Shown: positions 57,192-64,000 of the stretch, piece by piece | Layout: every line of letters starts with the position of its first letter | How positions within the stretch are numbered: position 1 is the stretch's first letter | Assembly (NCBI GenBank): GCA_965242725.1 | Contig: CBDESZ010000015.1 | Span: forward strand, 17,347-81,346 | DNA length: 64,000 nucleotides | DNA from: Alkalispirochaeta sp. | GTDB taxonomy: Bacteria; Spirochaetota; Spirochaetia; DSM-27196; Alkalispirochaetaceae | Reading direction: 5' to 3' | Program-made: the position numbers and the translations under genes | Notes under the pieces: model-generated | What the model saw: the letters and a program-made list of their open reading frames with translations, nothing else | The model's database searches: none | Told to the model about the DNA's origin: nothing

Positions 57192-60100
57192 CTATCGAAG
57201 GAGAATGAACTCAACCCGCCGATTTTTCCAGCGGTTTTCCTCGTCGCTGTGGGGGACGATGGGCATCGTGCCTCCCCGGCCGACCGTGGAGATGCGCTCA
57301 GCGTCCATGCCGCGCTCAATGAGCGCCTCCCGCACCGTCCGGGCCCGTGCGAGTGAAAGGGGTTGCAGTTCTTCCCGCTCTTCCCGCTCCGTCCCGGTGA
57401 TGTTGACGGCGTGTCCCTCCACACGGATGCGATAGCTCGCATATTTGTCAAAGACTTCAACAAGGCGGTCGAGAACGGCGATGTTCTTGGCTCCCGCTTC
57501 CGTCGAGGGATCGAGCTGGAGGGCGGGAGTGTTCGGTTCAAAGTTGATGTTGGATATCTGGACCTTCAGCAGGTCGCCCTCCCGGACCACGAGAATGTCG
57601 ATGGGTATGACTCCCCGCACTTCGCTGCGGTTCCCCACGGCGTCCACCACGGTGAATCGATAGGGGTAGTCCTCCGCGCTGATGACCGTTTCTCCGGTCT
57701 CGGAACGGCCGTCCCAGATCAGCTCCCGCCGGGGCGTCCCGCTTCCCTCAAAGCGGTAGAAGGGGCGATTTCCCCGGTCAAGTATGTCAATGCTCCACGA
57801 CGCTATCGGTGAGGCGTCGTTCGCGGAGAGGGATATTGCCAGCTCGTCGTTGAGGCCGTCGTTGTCGGGAGAAAAGGGAAGACCCCGGAGCTGCACGTTC
57901 AGGCGCGGTCCCGCGGTATCCACCGTCACCGCCGGGGAGGTGACCCGCGGCCGGGCACCGTTGTTGTACTCAACTATGTAACGGACTGTGTATTCGCCGT
58001 CGACGATCCTGCCGGCGTCGTTTTTGCCGTCCCAGAGGACCGAGTGCCGCGGTTCCGTCGGCGTCGCTTCCAGGGTCCGTATGACTCGCTCCGCCTGGTC
58101 GATGATTTCCACGCGTCCCCGTTCAGCGCCCTCAAGGCGGTTGGTGATAAGGCCTATCGCCAGAGAGTCCGCCACACCGTCACCGTTGGGAGAGAAACGG
58201 CGGGGGGAGACCGTTACGAATATGCGTGTCGGCCGGGTGTCTATCGTTATCGCCTCGCTTTGGTAGCGGGTCGTGTTGCCCGCTTCATCGGTGCCTTCAA
58301 CGCGGTACCGGTACGTTCCGTCGGCGACGGTGTTGCCCGCCTGGTCGGAGCCGTCCCATACGAAGGAGTCTACCCGTCTGTTCCAGCTGTAGCTGCGAAT
58401 GACGGTGCCGTCCGCTGCGGTTATCGCTCCGCTCCATCCTTCCGCTGGATCTCCCGACTGGGTGACGGTAAGGGTGTCGCGACTGTCGTCGCCGTCGGGC
58501 GAGAAAATTGCCGGGCTTACCCGAACGTCGAGGGCCGGTGGCGTGATGTCGAGGGTGAACGGATCGGTCTCACCTTTGGCGATGTTGCCGTGGCGGTATT
58601 CCACGGTGAGCGCGCCGGTATAGGTGCCCTCCGGCGCCCGTCGCCCGCCGTCTCCTGAACCGGTCCACGTCAATGAGGAGGGGACGTTCCGTCGGTCTCC
58701 GCTTCGACGATAGACCACATTGTCTCCTCCGTCGCTGATTTCAAGCGTCCACGAGGTGACGTCCTCGGGAAGGGCCACGTCCGCATTAAAGGGGACGTTA
58801 TCCTTTACGCCGTCCCCGTTGGGGCTGAAGGCAAGGTGCTGAGCGTAGAACTGCAGGGGCGTCTCGGCGGTGTAGACTTCAAATTGCCGGGGTGTGCTCC
58901 TGCCGGTATTGCCCGCCTCATCGGTGGCGGTGACGACATAGGTGTACATTCCGTCGGATACGCGGCGCTGTCGCGTCGTCAGCCCGGCAAATCGCAGCTG
59001 CCGGGGAGCGGTTCCGACCCACTCCCATCGCCCGGCGGTCTCTCCGGACTCATCGGTTATGGTGGCCGTCCACAGCGGCTCCTCTGAGCTCTCCTGGGTT
59101 ATGAGCAGTTCGTCAAGGCGTCCATCGCCGTTGGGTGAGATGATCGGTGTGGAGAGATCGACCGTTACGCTGGGAGCGACGGTGTCGACGGTGACGGGGC
59201 GTGCGCCCTGTGCGGAGATCGGTTCCGCCCGCTGGACGGGCCGGGCGGTGATTACTCCCCGATATTCACCGTCGGGGACGACGGCGCCGGCGTTGGACCT
59301 GCCGTTCCATACAACCGATTCAAGTTCTCCCGTACCCGTCCGGGTAAAGACGGGCGATGATCCTGCCGTGCCCGCCTGATTCAAGGGATAAATCTCCAGG
59401 GTCCATCCCGAGACGGTGAGATCGATGTTTGCTTCCGGAATGAAGGTTACATCGTCCATGACACCATCGTTGTTGGGGCTGAAATCGGTGCGGGTCGTAC
59501 GGAGTCGCAGCTCGATGTCCCGGGTATCAGTCTGAAAGGGGAGCGTCCGGGCGCGGGTTGTGTTTCCCGCGTCGTCGGTTCCGACTACTTCGTAGTAGTA
59601 GGTGCCGTCGGCAACCACCTCTTCGTCGTCGCCGATGCCGTCCCAGACAAGTTCACCAAGGGAGCCTGAAAATCGCCACGTCCGCACCGGCTGGTTTGTT
59701 CCCTGCCGCACGATCCGGGCATTCCATGTCGGTTCCTCCGACGATGACTGTCTGATGAGAATGGTGTCCTTGTCGCCGTCACCGTCGGGGGAGAAGGCGC
59801 GTTCCGCATCCGCCACCGTCGCCGTGACGGTCGGGTTTTGCGTATCCAGTACAAAGGTCGGGCTCGTCGTTTCCGGACGGTTGCCGTGGCGGTAGGTCAC
59901 GATGAGGCGGGCGCGATATACGCCGTCCGGCGCCACCGATCCGGTGACGTCCCGGCCGTCCCAGGGGTAGCTCCGCTGCGGCGCACCGGAACCGTCGACC
60001 CGGGCGACGATCTCGTCGTCATTGTTCAGTATTTCTATGCGGAACCGCTCCGCTCCGCGGGGGTCGCCGATTTCCGATATGAGATTGATCACATCCTGGA

Positions 60101-62571
60101 CGCCGTCACCGTTGGGTGAAAAGGCCTCCACCGTCTGGGCGGCGCGCACTGCCGTGCCGGTGCTGGAGGGATAGATATAGACAGGTGTTTCCCGGGTATC
60201 CAGCTCAATATCCACACCCGGCGAGGCGACGCGGTTGGCGGCCCTGTCTTCTCCGGTGAGCACGTAGCGATACTGCCCGTCGGGGACGCGTCTGCCCCCT
60301 TCATCCCGTCCGTCCCATTGAAGCTGTTCACTCGGCTCGCCGGTCCAGCTGTAGCGGCGCACCACGGCGGCTTCATCGGCGCCGGTTACGCGCTGGATGG
60401 AGGCGTTCCATGACGGCGCCGTATCGGTGGTCTGAATGAAGTTCACAACGTCAATGCGACCGTCTCCATTCGGTGAAAAGACAGGCGTGTCGGCGCGTAC
60501 GGAGAGACGCGGCGGCGTAACGTCGAGAATGATCTCCGGAGAGGTCGCCGTGGGACGATTCCCGTGACGATACCGCAATTGCAGTTCACCCCGGTAGGGA
60601 CCTTCCGGCAATATCCGTCCGTCATCGCCGCGACCGTCAAATCGCCACGTTTCGGGAAGATCAGTACCGGTGACTGTGCGCCTGGCCGTACCTGCCTGGT
60701 CACGCACGACAATTTCATACTCCCTGATTCCCTCAAGGACGGGTACGTCCGGCGTGAAGACGACGATGTCCCGTCTTCCGTCACCGTTCGGCGAGAAGTG
60801 GGCAATGTCGACGGCAAGGGCGATTGGTGTCGGCTCGGTATCCACAATGATGTTGTTGATACGGCTCGTTCCGGAGTTGCCTGCGCGGTCGGTGGCGGAG
60901 AGGCGTACGCTGTAGACGCCGTCGGGGACGAGGGTGCCCTCGTTGTCCGTTCCGTTCCACGAAAATGTCTCGAGGGCATCGTCGTTCACCGTCTCGGTCC
61001 TGACGACGCCCTCTCCTCCGTCCAGGACCTCGATCAACCAGCGATCTTCGACGGAGGTCTCCACGGGAAGTTGGAGTTCGTCCTTGATCCCGTCGTTATT
61101 CGGGGAAAATATAAGTTCATCGGGTCCGGCGGGTTCGGCAAACTCCGCTGCGGGAGGCGTATTGTCGACGACCACCGTGTAGGACGCACTGGATCGCCCG
61201 TTGTCGTTGTCGTCGGCGGCGCTCACCGTGAATGTGTATTCGCCGTCGGGAGCAACGCCGCCGCCGTCGGTCCGTCCGTCCCATCGTATCACCTCGGGAA
61301 TGGCGACGCCTTTTTTGACGTACAGGAGGCGATCAACGATGTTCCGGAATCCCTCGTTTTCAGGACGTTCTTCCTTGTTTTCGATGCGCCGAATGACGGA
61401 GCCGGTAGAGTCCGTGATTTCCAGGGCCCACCTGTTGATGTAGCGTTCATCGGTGATTTCCACGGGAAGCAGCAGATCGTCGGAGCGGCCGTCGTTGTTG
61501 GGGGAGATGTACAGGATCTCCGGATAGGACACATCGATCCGGGGCGGAGAGCGGTCGACGACGCCGAAGGCGATGTTTGTTCCCGCCCCGGCCGCCCACA
61601 CCCCGTCATAGAGGGGCGCCCAGACGGCGTGGACGTCGATGTCGCTCCCCGTCCAGGGTCGAACGTCGCCGTTGTCCGTCGCGCCGCGTCCCGCCGCACC
61701 GCTCCCGCTGGTAAAGCGATAGGTTATACCCACCGACGGGAGCAGAGATCCCGCTTCCCTGGACGATTCACGCTGCTCGCGCAGGTCGATGCCCCATCCG
61801 AGATTGACCGAAAGAGACTCACCCACAGACAGCCGCGATCCGACGCGGTAGCGGAGGTTCTGAAAGGTAGGCGCGGAAATGCCTGTATGAAGGGGCGATA
61901 TCCACCATCTCCGTATCCAGGACCGTCGCGGCAATGTCCGCCGCCGGCGTAAAGGGGGCGGGAGAGCCCGAGGTACCCCCGGAAGTGGAAGGAGCGATTC
62001 CGAGCTGTGACAGGGTAAGGCCCCACCGCACGTCGCCAAGAGGGCCTACCGATCCCAGGCGGTGAATCATACCGAGATCAAGCCCGGCGCCGACGCCGAA
62101 GGTCCCTTCATGAGAGCTGAAATGGGTGCGTACGCCCGTACCGACAAGAAGGTTCGGGTAGAGGTCTTTGGCAAAACTGAGGTTGATACTCCCCCGGGTG
62201 CCGATGTTCAGGGCATCATATCCCGCCCGGGCAAAGTTGCCGGAACCGCTGAAAACGCCGAAGCGGGTCGGGAATGTGGCACCAAGATTTGCGGCGTGAC
62301 CGCCGAGTGCGCCGTTTCCGACGATAGAGAGATAGCTGCCGTCAAGGTGGATCCGCTGTTTGAGCGCAGAGGTTGCCGGGTTGACGACGTCGCCTGCAAC
62401 CGATTCTGTCGAAGTTGTGTGTTCCGTCGTGGACAAAAAGAGGGGAGAACGCAACCGGTCAAGGACTTCCCCCCCCGGAACGGGATCGTAGCTTTGAGAA
62501 AAGAGCGTCTGGGTGGTCGCGGCGATCAAAACTGACAGTGTAAGGAGGCGGAGGGCGTGTTTCGTCTGCAT
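57192..62571 (-). CDS. Giant (~1790 aa) envelope protein: N-terminal probable beta-barrel, 12 FlgD-Ig/CHU_C-like repeats, C-terminal OmpA domain; +1 frameshift at 61892-61895
   Basis: Signal peptide; twelve SP(N/D)xD(G/D) repeats with WDG/WNG/WTG-type motifs; I.F…, VEGHA, LS..RA..V…L and NRRVEF. Two ORFs join after removing one C from a CCCC run. Confidence 0.87.
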
Positions 62572-62711
62572 TGCCACAATTTTACCCTATTCCGTGATTG
62601 TTTTCATCACCATGATTCGCATCCGTTCCCGCCGGTCCGAATTTGTCTGATCGCGGGAGTTTCAGTATTTTACACTCATTCCCCGTCACGCATCTCTCCA
62701 GGAGGAGAACT

Positions 62712-64000
62712 ATGAATCTCGATAGATTTACGACCAAGGCACAGGCTGCCGTCCAGGAGGCGGCTTCTCTGGCGAACAGAAACGATTCAGGAACGCTGGA
62801 AGCGATCCATCTGGCACGGACGCTCCTTGACCAGAGTCAGGGCATGATCACCGCCATTCTCCAGCGCATGGAAGTTCCGTCATCGCCCCTGCGGGACGAG
62901 CTGGACAGGGCGATCAACCGACTGCCCCGGGTAAGCGGGGACGGAGCGCAGCTCCATCCGTCGCCCAATTTGAACAGGATTCTCGCCAAGGCGGAAGCGA
63001 TGCCCGACGAGCTTGGAGACAGCTACGTATCGACTGAGCATCTTCTCATTGCCATTCTCGAATCGCCGGACACTGCGGCGGAGATATTGAAACGTCATGG
63101 TCTCACCGCGCGGAATGTGAGGGAAATCCTCGACGACGTCCGGGGCGGGGAAAACGTGGACAGTCAGGATCCTGAAGGAAAGATGAAGGTCCTCGAAAAA
63201 TACACAAAAGACCTCACCCGCCCTGGCACGACAGGAGCAGCTTGACCCGGTCATCGGCCGGGACGAGGAGATCAGGCGGGTCATGCAGGTGCTCAGCCGA
63301 CGGACCAAGAATAACCCCGTCCTCATCGGTGAGCCCGGTGTCGGGAAAACGGCGATAGCCGAGGGCCTTGCGCGGCGTATCGTCGCCGGCGACGTACCGG
63401 AATCCCTGAAGAACAAGCGTATTCTCGCCCTCGATCTGGGCTCGCTCCTGGCGGGGACCAAATTCCGCGGGGAATTTGAAGAACGCCTCAAGGGTGTAAT
63501 AGAGGAAATTGCCCGTTCCAAAGGCGCCATCATCCTCTTCATCGACGAACTTCACACCCTCATGGGCGCCGGGAGCGCCGAAGGGGCGATGGACGCCAGC
63601 AACCTTCTCAAGCCTGCGCTGGCGCGGGGCGAGCTGCGTGCCATAGGCGCCACCACCCTGGACGAGTACCGCAAGCATATCGAAAAGGACGCCGCATTTG
63701 AGCGCCGCTTTCAGACTGTCTTTACCGACGAGCCCAGTGTGGAGAGTACCGTGGCCATTCTCCGGGGACTGAAGGAGCGCTATGAGGTGCATCACGGGGT
63801 GCGTATTCGCGATGACGCCCTTCTGGCGGCGGCGACGCTGAGCGACCGGTACATAACCAACCGATTCCTTCCGGACAAGGCGATCGACCTGGTGGATGAA
63901 GCGGCGAGCCGCATGAAAATGGAGATAGAGAGCCAGCCCACGGAGCTGGACCAGCTGGACCGGAAGATCCTGCAGCTCGACATCGAACGCCAGGCGCTGA
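62712..64000 (+). CDS. clpB: ATP-dependent chaperone ClpB, 5' part; +1 frameshift at 63217-63219; runs off the window edge
   Basis: Clp N-domain; [42 protein letters not shown] and ME..S.P.ELD (start of the M-domain); GGAG RBS. Confidence 0.93.

Noticed and set aside
62580..62711. CIRCE or CtsR operator upstream of clpB
   Set aside because: No TTAGCACTC-N9-GAGTGCTAA or heptad repeat is visible.
63217..63219. Programmed ribosomal frameshift in clpB or the giant protein
   Set aside because: There is no slippery heptamer, and the same error type recurs in unrelated genes.

Overview
This is a GC-rich bacterial chromosome segment, most likely from a free-living spirochaete. That assignment is an inference from the binding-protein N-termini (…SARGSSE, …GAGQAE) and a giant FlgD-Ig/OmpA protein. 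Region 1-6.5 kb is a GntR-controlled carboxylate catabolism locus: divergent SucCD-like acyl-CoA ligase, TctCBA transporter and a crotonase-family enzyme. Region 7.5-16.7 kb is a YtfQRT/YjfF-like sugar ABC transporter with a divergent SBP-YesM-YesN sensing module. Region 16.7-47.6 kb is a mixed-orientation accessory block of small signalling, cell-wall, detoxification and membrane genes plus several gene remnants. Region 47.6-64 kb holds truA, a DEAD-box helicase, tRNA-Val(CAC), a fused GcvT-GcvP gene under a tandem glycine riboswitch, a deoxynucleoside kinase, a one-POTRA Omp85 protein, a ~1790-aa barrel + 12 Ig-repeat + OmpA protein, and the 5' part of clpB. Four genes carry single +1 insertions that look like assembly errors. 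The most notable observations are the giant putative outer-membrane-peptidoglycan tether with its Omp85 neighbour, the GcvT-GcvP fusion, a small membrane protein that mirrors the sensor domain of its coupled kinase, a 22-bp-period palindrome array inside an inverted-repeat-bounded element, twin GntR promoters, and many apparently leaderless genes.
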